Of a stretch of DNA of 64,000 bases, positions 1-10,034 are shown piece after piece. The notes beneath the pieces were generated by a model that saw only the letters and a list, made by a program, of their open reading frames with translations, was not told the DNA's origin and did no database searches. The position numbers were made by a program, and so were the translations under genes. Position 1 is the stretch's first letter; each line of letters begins with the position of its first letter. Origin of the DNA: Candidatus Latescibacterota bacterium (GTDB lineage Bacteria > Latescibacterota > UBA2968 > UBA8231); assembly GCA_965223905.1 (NCBI GenBank), contig CBDCXV010000001.1:1600001-1664000 (forward strand), read 5' to 3'.

Positions 1-324
1 CCGGTCCAGCGGGTAGAAGAGGGAGGCGTCGATGCCGGCCCGCCCCGCGGCTCGAATGGTTTCGCAGAGAGCCTTGCGCTCCTCCGCGGCGGTCCCGAGC
101 ACAACCTCCTGCGAGGGGGGCGCCAGTATCACCCCGGAGACGAGGACGTCCCTCGCCCGCAGCTCCTCGATGACCCGGGTGAACTCCCCGGCCGTCGCAT
201 GGCCGCGCTCGTCGAATCCGGGGACCGTGTTGGCGCTGAGGAAGATCTCGTCGACGCCGCAGGCGCGGCACTCCGCGGCGACCTGGTCGGCGCTGCTGTA
301 CCCCATGTGAATTCCGATTCTCAT
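1..324 (-). CDS. Mannonate dehydratase / sugar-phosphate isomerase-like TIM-barrel protein, N-terminal part (runs off window)
   Basis: Read manually: ATG at 324 after GGAAAGAGAGGAACAT; MRIGIHMGYSS...LCETIRAAGRAGIDASLFYPLDR open to base 1; resembles the adjacent UxuA-like gene. Confidence 0.6.
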   Translation of the reverse strand, partial: MRIGIHMGYSSADQVAAECRACGVDEIFLSANTVPGFDERGHATAGEFTRVIEELRARDVLVSGVILAPPSQEVVLGTAAEERKALCETIRAAGRAGIDASLFYPLDR

Positions 325-347
325 ATGTTCCTCTCTTTCCGCGCCGG

Positions 348-1313
348 TCAGGCCGGCGACTCCTTGGAAACCGCCTGAATCAGGGCGATGATGTAGCCGA
401 ACTGGAACGCCCACCCCTGCCGGACGCGGCCGGAAACACCCTCGGGCGCGACGTCGTCCGGGTGAACGGGGGAGTGGTCGGGCATCAACATGTACGGATA
501 CCCGGTCCTGTGAAAGATCCTCGCCAGCTCGTGCATGTCGACGTCCCCTTCGTCCGGCCAGACCTCGACGAAGTCGCCGAGACCGCCGCGGATGTTACGG
601 AAGTGGACGTTGAAGATCTTCCTTTTCGAGGAGAAGTACTCGACGATCGGCGGCAGCTCCTTCCCCGGGTCATCGAGACCTTCCGAGGCGACCCCGCAGC
701 AGAAGTTGAACCCGTGGTACGGGCTGTCGACCAGCTCGCTGAACCGCTTGAGGCCCTCGAAGACCGGGTAGTTCCAGCGCTCCTCCCCGCGCAGCACCGG
801 CGCCGGCGGGTCGGGAAGGTGGCAGGCCATCTGGACCCCGTACTCCTCGGCCACCGGGATCACCCCTTCCAGGAAGTACTGGATGCGGGCGAAGATTTCG
901 TCGAGGTCGACGCGCCCGGCCTCGTGCGGCTCGTCGTTGTCGTACTTCGAGAACTCGAACGAGCTGTACCCCGACCCCCCGCGGCCGTAGCGCATCTCCG
1001 TCCGCTGGTATCCGACCGGAGTGAAGTTGTAGTTGAGGCCGCGCAGCCCGGCCTTTCCCGCGTTGGCGATCCAGCCGCGGATGGCGTCGATGTCGCGGTC
1101 CCGCTGCGGGTCGCGGGCAAACGGGATGCTTTCCGGCATCGGGATGTGGATCATTTCCAGCTCCACCCCCTCGGCCGCGGCCTCCTCCCGCTGCCTGACG
1201 ATCCGGTCGAGATCGTCGGGATCGATCGAGGTGTCCATGTGGGTGACGCCGTGACGCCTGAGGAACTCCAGCTCCGTCTTCGATGTTCCTATGCCCTGCA
1301 CTCCTACGTACAT
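348..1313 (-). CDS. uxuA: Mannonate dehydratase (UxuA family)
   Basis: Motifs MACHLPDPP, GFNFCCG, IFNVHFRNIRG, DEGDVDM, LMPDH; AAGGAG RBS. Confidence 0.75.
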   Translation of the reverse strand: MYVGVQGIGTSKTELEFLRRHGVTHMDTSIDPDDLDRIVRQREEAAAEGVELEMIHIPMPESIPFARDPQRDRDIDAIRGWIANAGKAGLRGLNYNFTPVGYQRTEMRYGRGGSGYSSFEFSKYDNDEPHEAGRVDLDEIFARIQYFLEGVIPVAEEYGVQMACHLPDPPAPVLRGEERWNYPVFEGLKRFSELVDSPYHGFNFCCGVASEGLDDPGKELPPIVEYFSSKRKIFNVHFRNIRGGLGDFVEVWPDEGDVDMHELARIFHRTGYPYMLMPDHSPVHPDDVAPEGVSGRVRQGWAFQFGYIIALIQAVSKESPA

Positions 1314-1380
1314 GCAAGTTGCTCCTTTTCTTCCTTAATGTGATGTCGCCCCAAGATCCCGATTTCAGGTGGTGCAGCCG

Positions 1381-1584
1381 TCATGTCGAGAGGCTCGCCT
1401 TGATACGCCCCCACGAGTCGTGCGCTGCCCCGGTGCCTCGGCTGCCGATGTCGTTCGACGGAAGCAGGATGCCATGGAGACCCGAAAATGTCACGACCCT
1501 CGTTTCCGGGGAAATCCGAATTGCCCCTCCGTCCATCGCCTCGGGGTGAAAAGAACGGCCTGGTCTCCTGGTGATCGAATCCCA
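1381..1584 (-). pseudogene. Orphan 3' remnant (or 51-aa small ORF 1381..1536) ending in HDSWGRIKASLST
   Basis: Manual translation ...HGILLPSNDIGSRGTGAAHDSWGRIKASLST* aligns with the C-terminus of 44942..45858 (DGLLVGVGDGIDDSAVHANSWARIKASLSR*). Confidence 0.6.
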
Positions 1585-3036
1585 TCAGACATTGTAGGAG
1601 GTCGACGCCGTAGTTCCCCCGCGGCCGGTCCAGTTGGTGTGGAAGAACTCGCCGCGGGGCCTGTCGACGCGCTCGTAGGTGTGGGCGCCGAAGTAGTCCC
1701 GCTGCGCCTGCAGCAGGTTGGCCGGCAGGATCTCGCTGCGGTAGCCGTCGTAGTAGGCCAGGGCGCTGCCGAAGGCCGGCACCGGCACTCCGAGCTGCAC
1801 CGCGGCAGCGACCACCCGGCGCCAGGATTCCTGGCTCTCGGCGAGGGCCGCGGAGAAATGGGGCGCCAGCAAAAGGTTGGCGAGGCCGGGGTCGGCGTCG
1901 AAGGCCTCCTTGATGCGCCCGAGAAAGCGCGCCCTGATGATGCAGCCGCCGCGCCACATCAAGGCGATGCTGCCGTAGTCGAGCGGCCATCCGTGCTCGG
2001 CCGCGGCGGCCCTGAGCAGCTGAAACCCCTGGGCGTAGGAGCAGATCTTGGAGGCGTACAGGGAGCGGCGCACGTCCTCGACGAAGGCGGCGGGGTCGCC
2101 GTCGAAACCGCGGTCCGCGCCCTTGAGAACCGCGGCCGCCCGCATCCGCTCTTCCTTGAGGGCGGAGAGGCAGCGGGCGAAGACCGCCTCGGTGATGGTC
2201 GCCGCGGGCGCCCCGAGCTGCAGCGCCTCGATCCCCGTCCACTTGCCCGTCCCTTTCTGTCCGGCCGTGTCGAGGATGACGTCGACCATCGGCCGCCCGG
2301 TCTCCTCGTCGGTGCGCGCCAGGATGTCGCCGGTGATCTCGATCAGGTAGCTGTCGAGCTCCCCCTGGTTCCACTGGCGGAAGACGGCGCTCATCTCCTG
2401 CGGGCTCATCTCGCAGACCCGGCGCAGCAGCGAGTAGGCCTCGCAGATCAGCTGCATGTCGCCGTACTCGATGCCGTTGTGGATCATCTTGACGTAATGG
2501 CCGGCCCCGTCCGGGCCGATCCAGTCGCAGCAGGGGGAGCCGCCGTCGACCTTGGCGGCGATGCCGCGGAAGATCTCGCGGACGTGCGGCCACGCCTTCT
2601 CGTTGCCGCCCGGCATGATGCTCGGTCCCTTGAGGGCCCCTTCCTCGCCGCCGGACACCCCGGTGCCGATGTAGAGGATCCCCTTTTGCGCGAGGTCGCG
2701 GGTCCGCCTCGTCGTGTCCCCGAAGTTCGAGTTGCCGCCGTCGATCAGGATGTCCCCCTTGTCGAGCAGGGGGAGGAACTCGGCGATCACCCTGTCGACC
2801 GCGGCCCCGGCCTGCACCATCAACATGACGCGGCGGGGGCGCGCGAGCCGGGAGACCAGCTCCGCGGGGGAGCGGGCGCCTAGGATCGGCAGACCCTTTG
2901 CCCTGCCCTCGAGAAAGGCGTCGACCTTGGAGGTGGTGCGGTTGTACACCGCCACGGTGAAGCCGTGATTGGCCATGTTCAGCACGAGGTTTTCCCCCAT
3001 TACCGCCAGTCCTGTGAGACCGATGTCGGCCTGCAT
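1585..3036 (-). CDS. gnd: 6-phosphogluconate dehydrogenase, decarboxylating (NADP)
   Basis: [50 protein letters not shown]; start MQADIG with AGAAAGGA RBS. Confidence 0.97.
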   Translation of the reverse strand: MQADIGLTGLAVMGENLVLNMANHGFTVAVYNRTTSKVDAFLEGRAKGLPILGARSPAELVSRLARPRRVMLMVQAGAAVDRVIAEFLPLLDKGDILIDGGNSNFGDTTRRTRDLAQKGILYIGTGVSGGEEGALKGPSIMPGGNEKAWPHVREIFRGIAAKVDGGSPCCDWIGPDGAGHYVKMIHNGIEYGDMQLICEAYSLLRRVCEMSPQEMSAVFRQWNQGELDSYLIEITGDILARTDEETGRPMVDVILDTAGQKGTGKWTGIEALQLGAPAATITEAVFARCLSALKEERMRAAAVLKGADRGFDGDPAAFVEDVRRSLYASKICSYAQGFQLLRAAAAEHGWPLDYGSIALMWRGGCIIRARFLGRIKEAFDADPGLANLLLAPHFSAALAESQESWRRVVAAAVQLGVPVPAFGSALAYYDGYRSEILPANLLQAQRDYFGAHTYERVDRPRGEFFHTNWTGRGGTTASTSYNV

Positions 3037-3090
3037 CCGCATTCCTTTCTGTTCAACCATTCTGGTCATCAATCCGGCTCTTCATTGTGG

Positions 3091-3279
3091 CTGGGCGCGT
3101 AAGTAAGCGTACGAACGAGGGCGCCGAGGCGCCCTGCTTACCGGGGGTGTACGGCGAGCGAAGGCAACGCGGCGAGCCGGGATTGAGGGAAAAATCGCAC
3201 AGATGAAGGGTTTGGATTGAACCGCGATTTTTCCCTCAAGATGCAGCGGCAACCGGATTCACGCGGATTGCGCGCCCAG
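3091..3279. other. Intergenic nested-palindrome element (possible structured RNA leader or MITE/REP-like repeat)
   Basis: Stems 3091-3099/3271-3279 (9 bp), 3103-3108/3136-3141, 3118-3125/3128-3135 and a perfect 16-bp stem 3183-3198/3224-3239. Confidence 0.55.
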
Positions 3280-3345
3280 GCACCAGGTTGACGGGTTCCC
3301 CCTGGAGTTGCGCGAACCAGCAGCGACTACCGGCCACCCGGCCCC

Positions 3346-4485
3346 TCACGGCTCGAGATGCCAGAACAACCCGTTGACCGCCAGTTCATCCCCCCCGCCC
3401 GGATACCAGCCGTACACGGTGAGGAAATGGCGCGGCTCGAACTCGATGGTCGGGGTCGTGAACGAATGGCCCGGGGGGTCGGGCACGAGCGCGAACTTCT
3501 GCGCGGCGAGCAGCTCGTCGGTGCCCTCTGCGCTGCCGTCCTGCCAGGCGCCGGCCCCGTCCAGGCTGACGCGGGCGAGGACCCTGCGGTCCCGGTACCC
3601 GCCCGAGTGCGTGACAACGACGGTACGGCTGGGAGCGAAATAAACATTCCCGCGGTGTCCATACCAGTTGGTCCACCCCGCCGCCCTGAAGGTGCGGCCG
3701 GCGTCGGTCGATTCGAAAAGGACCCCCTGCTTGATCGCGGGCCCGGGATTCCCTGTTCTCGCCATGAACTCCTCCGGATCCTCGTTGGGGACGGACGGGC
3801 GCTGGCAGCGCGTCATCAGCAGGATGCGCTTCCCGTCGCCGGGATCGACGGCGAGATTGGACTCGTGGGGGTTGAGGAAGGGATCCACCCGGGCGGCATC
3901 CCCCCAGGTACGGCCGCGGTCGCTGCTGCGCAGGATCAGATCCCCGAAGAGATCTCCGGGCCGCCCGCCGTACGCCTCCCCGGAAGCAGAGGGGAAGCTG
4001 TCCGCGTAAGGAGGGGCGGGAACGACCGTCGTCGAGAACATCAGGGTGCCGTCGGGCAGCTCGACGAAGGTGCGGTTTCCGTCTTCGTGGAAGCAGAGGT
4101 CGGGAATGCCGGGCGGGATTGTGCTGAAGTCGGTGGCCGACCGCTGCCAGGTGACCCCTCCGTCCGCCGAGTGCGAGACGTGGAGGTCCTGGCCGTACAG
4201 ACCTCCGGGGTGCTCCCGGTCGGAACCGTGGCTCAGCCACAGGCGGCCGTCTCCGCCGATGCCGATGCCGTGCAGCACCTGCGGGTGGGCGAGATCCGGC
4301 ATCTCCACCGGGACGGGGATCCACGAACGGCCCCGGTCCGCGCTCCGGTAGAGGGGGCCGGTCTGGGTGTTGAGGTAGACGGCGCCATCCGGGTGCCGGG
4401 CCATGCTCATCATCGACCGCCTGAGTATCCCGGGCGGGACTATTTCAACTTCGCCGTCGAGGGCGACGGCAACCGGGCAGTTCAC
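3346..4485 (-). CDS. Sialidase/BNR Asp-box beta-propeller protein
   Basis: Repeated SxDxGxTW Asp boxes (SADRGRSW, SADGGVTW, SSDRGRTW, STDAGRTF); GTG start after GGAGGAGAG. Confidence 0.8.
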   Translation of the reverse strand: MNCPVAVALDGEVEIVPPGILRRSMMSMARHPDGAVYLNTQTGPLYRSADRGRSWIPVPVEMPDLAHPQVLHGIGIGGDGRLWLSHGSDREHPGGLYGQDLHVSHSADGGVTWQRSATDFSTIPPGIPDLCFHEDGNRTFVELPDGTLMFSTTVVPAPPYADSFPSASGEAYGGRPGDLFGDLILRSSDRGRTWGDAARVDPFLNPHESNLAVDPGDGKRILLMTRCQRPSVPNEDPEEFMARTGNPGPAIKQGVLFESTDAGRTFRAAGWTNWYGHRGNVYFAPSRTVVVTHSGGYRDRRVLARVSLDGAGAWQDGSAEGTDELLAAQKFALVPDPPGHSFTTPTIEFEPRHFLTVYGWYPGGGDELAVNGLFWHLEP

Positions 4486-4659
4486 CTCTCCTCCTCTCCT
4501 TCGCCGCGATCCATCGACACCGCTCGACGACAGGATGCTCGACTCCAGGCGCAACATCGCGCGGCGTTCCGCAACCCCCAGCTGCTCGGCGCCGACCTGA
4601 CGCTGGAAGGCTCCCCGGCGGGCGGAGAGGAGCTGGCGCGCATCCCTCGGGCCGCGGCC

Positions 4660-5747
4660 CTACTCGATGCGGTGGTCGAGGACGACTTCCCGGCGCTCGC
4701 GGGCCGACAGCTCGATCCCGCGGCACATGCGCACGATCCGCTTCCCCTCTTCGGCGGTCAGCCGCGGCTGCCTGCCGGCGGCGATGCAGTCGGCGAACTC
4801 GTTGCATCCGGCGACGAAGCTGGAGGACCAGTCGGTCTTCATGTCGGAGTAGCCGGTGGTCTCGCCGTCCCTGTAGACGACGACCGGGGGAGCGTCGAGC
4901 AGCTGCGCGCTGCAGCGGTTGACCCAGATGAAGCCGCGGCTGCCGGTTATCTCGAACCACTCGTCCTCCGGCACGTACTTCGACCGCACCAGCATCTCGT
5001 CCGCACCAGCATCTCGTCCGACTGCACCACCTCGAAGCTGCCGTACTTCTCCGCGTCAATGTACTTCCATATGACCACGGCCGGGCTGTCGATCTTCCAG
5101 CCGTGCTGGATCGTCGTGTGGCTGATCCAGGAGAAGACCTTCTCGACGTCGCCGAGGAAGAAGAAGGCCAGCGCGAAGATGTGGGAGCCGTAGTCGAGCA
5201 TGACGCGGCCGCCGCCCCCTTTCTCCGGATCGAAGCGCCAGGACCAGCGCTCGTACGGGATCTCCCACCCCTCCCGTGTTCCGAGGGTCACCTTCATGCG
5301 CATCGACAGCGGCTCTCCGATTGCCCCCGACTCGAGGATATTCCTGGCCCGTACCAGCGGCGGGTAGTACTGGAAGTTCTCGAAGGTGCGGAAGATCCCG
5401 TCCGCCCGGTCCGCCGCGGCGATCAACTCGTCGCATTCCGCCACGGTCACCGCCATCGGCTTCTGCATGGAGACGTGCTTGCCCGCGGCGAGGGCGTCGA
5501 CCCCTATGCGCGCGTGCAGGTGGTGGGGGGTGATGACGTCGACGGCGTCGACCTCGGGGTCGTCGAGCAGGTCGCGGTAGTCGGTGCAGGCCTTCGCCGC
5601 CCCCCATTGCGCGGCGCGCTCGCGGGCCCGCTCCCCGTTGACGTCGCAGACGGCGTGAAGGTTTGCGTTGGGGGCGTTGGCGTACCCGAGGGCGTGGAGC
5701 CTGGCGATGTTGCCGGCCCCGATGATGCCGACGCGGACCTTGCTCAT
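4660..5747 (-). pseudogene. Gfo/Idh/MocA oxidoreductase, frameshifted by a 17-bp tandem duplication
   Basis: VGIIGAGNIA, TPHHLH, AGKHVSMQKP, GGGRVMLDYGSH in one frame; C-terminus in ORF 4660..4995. Confidence 0.8.
4984..5017. repeat. Perfect 2x17-bp tandem duplication CCGCACCAGCATCTCGT
   Basis: Read directly at 4984-5000 and 5001-5017. Confidence 0.95.
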
Positions 5748-5879
5748 GCCGGGATTACCGGGCCCGGCTGCCCCGGGAGAATCTCCCGTTCCCACTGGGC
5801 AGCCTGAGGTTGGGGCACCCGCCCCGGCGGCGCCCGCGGCTGCCCAAGCCAAGGCAGGCCGCCCCGCGGAAGCGGGTCC

Positions 5880-6668
5880 TCAAACCAAGTACTCCCCAGG
5901 GATCCGCGAACCCTTGTACTCCCCCTCCGGGTCGCGGCTTGCGATGACCTCTGGGATCTCCTCCTCCCAGTTGTCCGGCACCGTCAGCGGCCGCCGGTGC
6001 CAGGCCAGGATCAGGGTGCGGCGCACATCGGTCAGGTTGCGGTGCGCCGAGTGCAGGAGGCGGGCGTCGGCGATGGTCAGCGACCCGGCCTTCACCATCA
6101 CGTCCAACTGGTCGGGGTGGTCGCTGAACATCACCGGGTGGTCCTCGTCGATGAAGCGGGCCCCCTGCTCGTGGGCCGGCACCAGCTCATCGTGCAGCTC
6201 GTGGCGTTTGAGGTGCGACCCGGGGATCACCTTGAGGCAGCCGTTCTCGACCGAGGTGTCGGACAGGTAGTACGACAGGAACACGATCTGCGGCCACGGG
6301 GAGCAGCTGAACGGGTCGTTCCACTGCATCCAGTCCTGGTGCCAGTAGAGGGCCGGCTCCCCGGGATCCTTGGTCAGGATGATGATGCCCCCGGTGCTCT
6401 CGAAGTCGCCGAAGCCGAGCTGCTCCAGCACCCGCCGCGAGGCCGGCCACTCGAGCAGCCGCCGGATGACCTCGTTGTCGCTGCCCTGGGCGACGACGTG
6501 CTGCCCCTGGTAGCGGAACTCCTCGGCCATGACGTGGTGCTCCATCAGCCGGTCCGACTCGGCGCGCAGCTCCTGCAGGAATTCATCCGTCAGCACATCG
6601 TCGACCACGCAGCAGCCGTCGCCGATCATCTGCCGGCGCTTCGCCGCGGCCTCTTCCGGTGTCATCAT
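5880..6668 (-). CDS. Phytanoyl-CoA dioxygenase (PhyH) family Fe/2OG oxygenase
   Basis: WHQD, ENGCLKVIPGSH, LLHSAHRN. Confidence 0.9.
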   Translation of the reverse strand: MMTPEEAAAKRRQMIGDGCCVVDDVLTDEFLQELRAESDRLMEHHVMAEEFRYQGQHVVAQGSDNEVIRRLLEWPASRRVLEQLGFGDFESTGGIIILTKDPGEPALYWHQDWMQWNDPFSCSPWPQIVFLSYYLSDTSVENGCLKVIPGSHLKRHELHDELVPAHEQGARFIDEDHPVMFSDHPDQLDVMVKAGSLTIADARLLHSAHRNLTDVRRTLILAWHRRPLTVPDNWEEEIPEVIASRDPEGEYKGSRIPGEYLV

Positions 6669-6791
6669 CAAGCTCTCCTTCCCGGTTCGGTTTCGGGGGC
6701 TCAAAATCGCCATTTGCAGCGGCGCAAACCAGCGGGGATATTTGCCGCATCAGCCACGAAAAACCTCCACCCGACACCGGAGAAACCCGTC

Positions 6792-8429
6792 ATGCCCTCT
6801 TCCCGGACCGAGGCCGTCCTGCTCGACGACGAGCAGGTGCGCAGCTACATCGCCAACGGCTACATCCGAATCGACCTCTCCGTGCCCGCCGAGGTGCACG
6901 AGTCGATCGCCGTCAAGCTCGACCGCATGCTCGAGCTGGGACCGAACCTCGGCAACAACGTGCTGCCCCATACCCCGGAGTTCCGCCACGTCCTCAACTC
7001 GCCGGAGGTGCGCGGGGCGCTGAGCAGCCTGCTCGGACCGGACTACATCGAGCACCCGCACCGGTACTGCCACAACATGGCCCCCTTGGACGAGGCCCCC
7101 GAGGACATCGCCGCGGCGGTCGGCAAGCGCTGCCACCAGGATTCGTACACGCCGATGTCGCGGCCGCGGCAGCACTACCCGCGCTACGCCCGCATCATCT
7201 ACTACCCCCGGGCCACGCCGGAGAAGCACGGGCCGACGCACGTCACCCCGGGCTCGCAGTTCCACAAGACGGTTACCGACGAGGACCGCGCCGCGGCCCT
7301 CCCGATGGAGGGGCCGGCCGGCTCCCTGTGGATCACCCACTTCGACGTCATCCACGGCGCCGGGATCAACCTGTCGGACCGGACGCGGCACATGATCAAG
7401 TTCATCTACCTGCGCCGCGGCGGGCTGAAGGGTCCTGCCTGGAAGTGCCAGGACATCCAGTGGAAGACCCCTGAGGGCCTGCAGGCGCCGTGGGATCTCG
7501 AGGTCGCTTGGTCGCACATGTGGGACTGGATGTGCGGAAAGGAGGACCGCTGGGACAGCTTCAGGTCCGCACACGGGACCGGGAACGGCAACGGCGAGGA
7601 CCTCGCCGCAGCCCTGGAAGGGGACCGGCCCACCGCCGAGATGCTGGCCGCCATCCGCCGGGCCGCTGCCCTGGGTCCGCGCGCCGCCGGGGCGGTGCCG
7701 GCCCTGATCGGACTCCTGAAACCGGGGCACCAGGCGGTGCGCGCCGCGGCCACCTACGCGTTGGGCGCCATCGGGGAGCCCGCGGTTCCCGGGCTGGTTT
7801 CGAGACTGGAGGAGGCCGGACGCCGCGGCTGGGTCGAGGGGGAGCCGGCTACCTGGGGGGAGGGAACCGTGCAGATGATGGACGAGGCCCACGCCCTCGG
7901 GGCCGTCGGCAAGCCCGCGGTCGCCGCGCTGACCGGGCTGCTCGAGTCCGCCGGGGAGTGGGGGCGGATCAACGCCGCCTTCGCGCTCGGGGAGATGGAC
8001 TCGAGGGCCGCCGAGGCGGTGCCGGCCCTGAGCCGCTGCCTCGAGGACGACTCGCACCGCATCGTGCGCACCGCCATCGACGCCCTCGGCATGATCGGGG
8101 AGGACCCCGGCCGCTACCTGCCGCGCCTGCGCCGGTTTCTCGTCGAAACCCGCCCCGACTGGGGGGAGGTGCTGACCGGAAAGCGGGCCTGGATCGCGCG
8201 CGACCAGGTGCGCGTGAACGCCGCCACCGCCATGGCCCGCCTGGGGGCGCAGGCCGGCTCGGCCGAGGAGGAGCTGGTGCAGGCGCTCGACGACCCCTGC
8301 GGCTACGTCGGGCTGGTGGCGACCGACGCCCTGCGGCAACTCGGCTCGCCGAGCGCCAACCAGGCGGTGACCGACCTGGTCATGGCCCAGCGCTGGGACT
8401 CCTCCCTGTACCCCGAGCGGCCCTGGTAA
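6792..8429 (+). CDS. PhyH-family dioxygenase fused to HEAT/PBS-lyase repeats
   Basis: N-half CHQD...GPTHVTPGSQ...IHGAG; C-half repeats AATYALGAIG, AAFALGEM, AIDALGMIG. Confidence 0.85.
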   Translation: MPSSRTEAVLLDDEQVRSYIANGYIRIDLSVPAEVHESIAVKLDRMLELGPNLGNNVLPHTPEFRHVLNSPEVRGALSSLLGPDYIEHPHRYCHNMAPLDEAPEDIAAAVGKRCHQDSYTPMSRPRQHYPRYARIIYYPRATPEKHGPTHVTPGSQFHKTVTDEDRAAALPMEGPAGSLWITHFDVIHGAGINLSDRTRHMIKFIYLRRGGLKGPAWKCQDIQWKTPEGLQAPWDLEVAWSHMWDWMCGKEDRWDSFRSAHGTGNGNGEDLAAALEGDRPTAEMLAAIRRAAALGPRAAGAVPALIGLLKPGHQAVRAAATYALGAIGEPAVPGLVSRLEEAGRRGWVEGEPATWGEGTVQMMDEAHALGAVGKPAVAALTGLLESAGEWGRINAAFALGEMDSRAAEAVPALSRCLEDDSHRIVRTAIDALGMIGEDPGRYLPRLRRFLVETRPDWGEVLTGKRAWIARDQVRVNAATAMARLGAQAGSAEEELVQALDDPCGYVGLVATDALRQLGSPSANQAVTDLVMAQRWDSSLYPERPW

Positions 8430-8445
8430 GCGGGCGGAGGCCGAA

Positions 8446-9255
8446 ATGCAGCTCGACGACAGCCATTACGAGGCCTTCATGGAGCAGGGGTACGTGGTGG
8501 TCGAGGGATTCTACCCCGAGGAGAAGCGGGCCCGCATAGCCGCCCTCCTCCGCCGCATCATGCCCCCCTGGGAGGAGATTCGAGAGAACCCGCCCGAGGG
8601 GGGCCTGCTCAAGGACGACTTCCCGTACGAGGAGCAGTACTTCAACCACCTCATCCTCGACCCCGACCTGGTCGGCTTCGTGCGGCGGGTGCTCGACACG
8701 GAGAAGATCCACTTCCGCTACGCCCACAACTGGACCCGCTACCCCAACGGCCCGAAGGATAACCGCATGCACCGCGACAACGGCAACAACTCGCTGCTGC
8801 CGCCGTGCGGCGACGTCCGCTACGGGCAGATCAGCTCCTGGTACTTCCCCGAGGACGTGCCGGAAGACCAGGCGCCGATGATGGTCATCCCCAAGAAGTT
8901 CGGGGACGACGCCGGCAAGGGGGTGATGCTGGCGGTGCCGGGGGGCACGCAGATGATCTTCAACACCTATCTGTGGCACTCGGCCACCCCGTTCATGGGG
9001 AGCGAGGGGCAGCGCTACTCGGTGACCCGGATCTACGGCCGGGCGGATCATTACTGGGAAGGGGTCCGCAGCTACACCAACCTGGCGTCGGTGGAGCATT
9101 TCCGGGAGTTCATCGGCTCGATCAGCGCCGAGCAGCGGGAGCTGTTCCGGTTTCCCCCGGCAGGGCATTCGTACTACGACACCGAGACGCTGGCTGCGCT
9201 GGAGGAGCATTACCCTGGGTGGGGTGCCGGGGGGGAGTACACGGAGGCAGGGTAG
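8446..9255 (+). CDS. PhyH-family dioxygenase
   Basis: FMEQGYVVVEGF, MHRD, LWHSAT. Confidence 0.8.
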   Translation: MQLDDSHYEAFMEQGYVVVEGFYPEEKRARIAALLRRIMPPWEEIRENPPEGGLLKDDFPYEEQYFNHLILDPDLVGFVRRVLDTEKIHFRYAHNWTRYPNGPKDNRMHRDNGNNSLLPPCGDVRYGQISSWYFPEDVPEDQAPMMVIPKKFGDDAGKGVMLAVPGGTQMIFNTYLWHSATPFMGSEGQRYSVTRIYGRADHYWEGVRSYTNLASVEHFREFIGSISAEQRELFRFPPAGHSYYDTETLAALEEHYPGWGAGGEYTEAG

Positions 9256-9439
9256 GCTGGAGATGTAGGGGTAGGGAGTGAATGGCCAAGGTGAAGGCTT
9301 TGAACTTTCCCGGTTTGCAATGCCAGGGGATCTTTGTCAGGAGTAACTCCCCGCAGCCATTACCCGAACCATTTGTTCGGACGCTATCAGTAATGTGCCA
9401 TGGCATGAGAATTCGACCTGATACCGAGATGCTTTTTCC

Positions 9440-9772
9440 ATGAAATTGCCCGATGGCGAAAATGCGCTGGTACCAATCCAAAAAATTGAACAATATCTGC
9501 TTTCCGAGGTGCATGCCATAGGTCGAGCAAAGGCGCGATTCTTCCAAAGTGTCGGATATCAACCACGAGATGCTTCTGTTCTCGCCGCTGATTTAGCATC
9601 CATTGCCCGCAATGAGCAGGTCTCCGACGTTGCGGAGACACGTCATGGCACCAAGTATGTTGTGGATGGCAACCTGAAAACCCCATCGGGTTCGAGTGTT
9701 CGCATACGGACGGTCTGGATTGTTGAGGCAAGTCTGGATAGGCCGCGTTTGGTGACAGCGTATCCAGGCTGA
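9440..9772 (+). CDS. DUF6883-like putative toxin/nuclease domain protein
   Basis: KIEQYLLSEVHAIGRAKARFF...HGTKY...RTVWI...PRLVTAYP; lower GC; paired with DUF4926. Confidence 0.7.
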   Translation: MKLPDGENALVPIQKIEQYLLSEVHAIGRAKARFFQSVGYQPRDASVLAADLASIARNEQVSDVAETRHGTKYVVDGNLKTPSGSSVRIRTVWIVEASLDRPRLVTAYPG

Positions 9773-9792
9773 TCAAGGAGGATTGAGTTGAG

Positions 9793-10026
9793 ATGACTGA
9801 ATTGGATCTGGTAGTTCTCGAGGAGTCCATTGTAGAGCACGGTCTGGTGGCGGGCGATGTGGGGACGGTCGTCCATAGATATGCAGATGAGAAGGCGTCG
9901 GAGGTAGAGTTCGTGGATACCCAAGGTACCACCATTGCTGTTCTGACTCTGGAAGATTCGGTAGTGCGTACTCCCATGGCGGGTGAAATTCTACACGTTA
10001 GAGATGTATCGCCCGCGGGCTCCTGA
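9793..10026 (+). CDS. DUF4926-like protein (putative immunity/antitoxin partner)
   Basis: ELDLVVL...GLVAGDVGTVVH...EVEF...G.TIAV. Confidence 0.75.
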   Translation: MTELDLVVLEESIVEHGLVAGDVGTVVHRYADEKASEVEFVDTQGTTIAVLTLEDSVVRTPMAGEILHVRDVSPAGS

Positions 10027-10034
10027 CCTTTCTA

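Noticed and set aside
1304-2883. Long alternative-frame and antisense ORFs (e.g. 1369..2883, 3358..5193, 33620..35665, 52601..54796, 61706..63802)
   Set aside because: Shadow ORFs of high-GC3 genes; Arg/Pro/Ala-rich with no motifs
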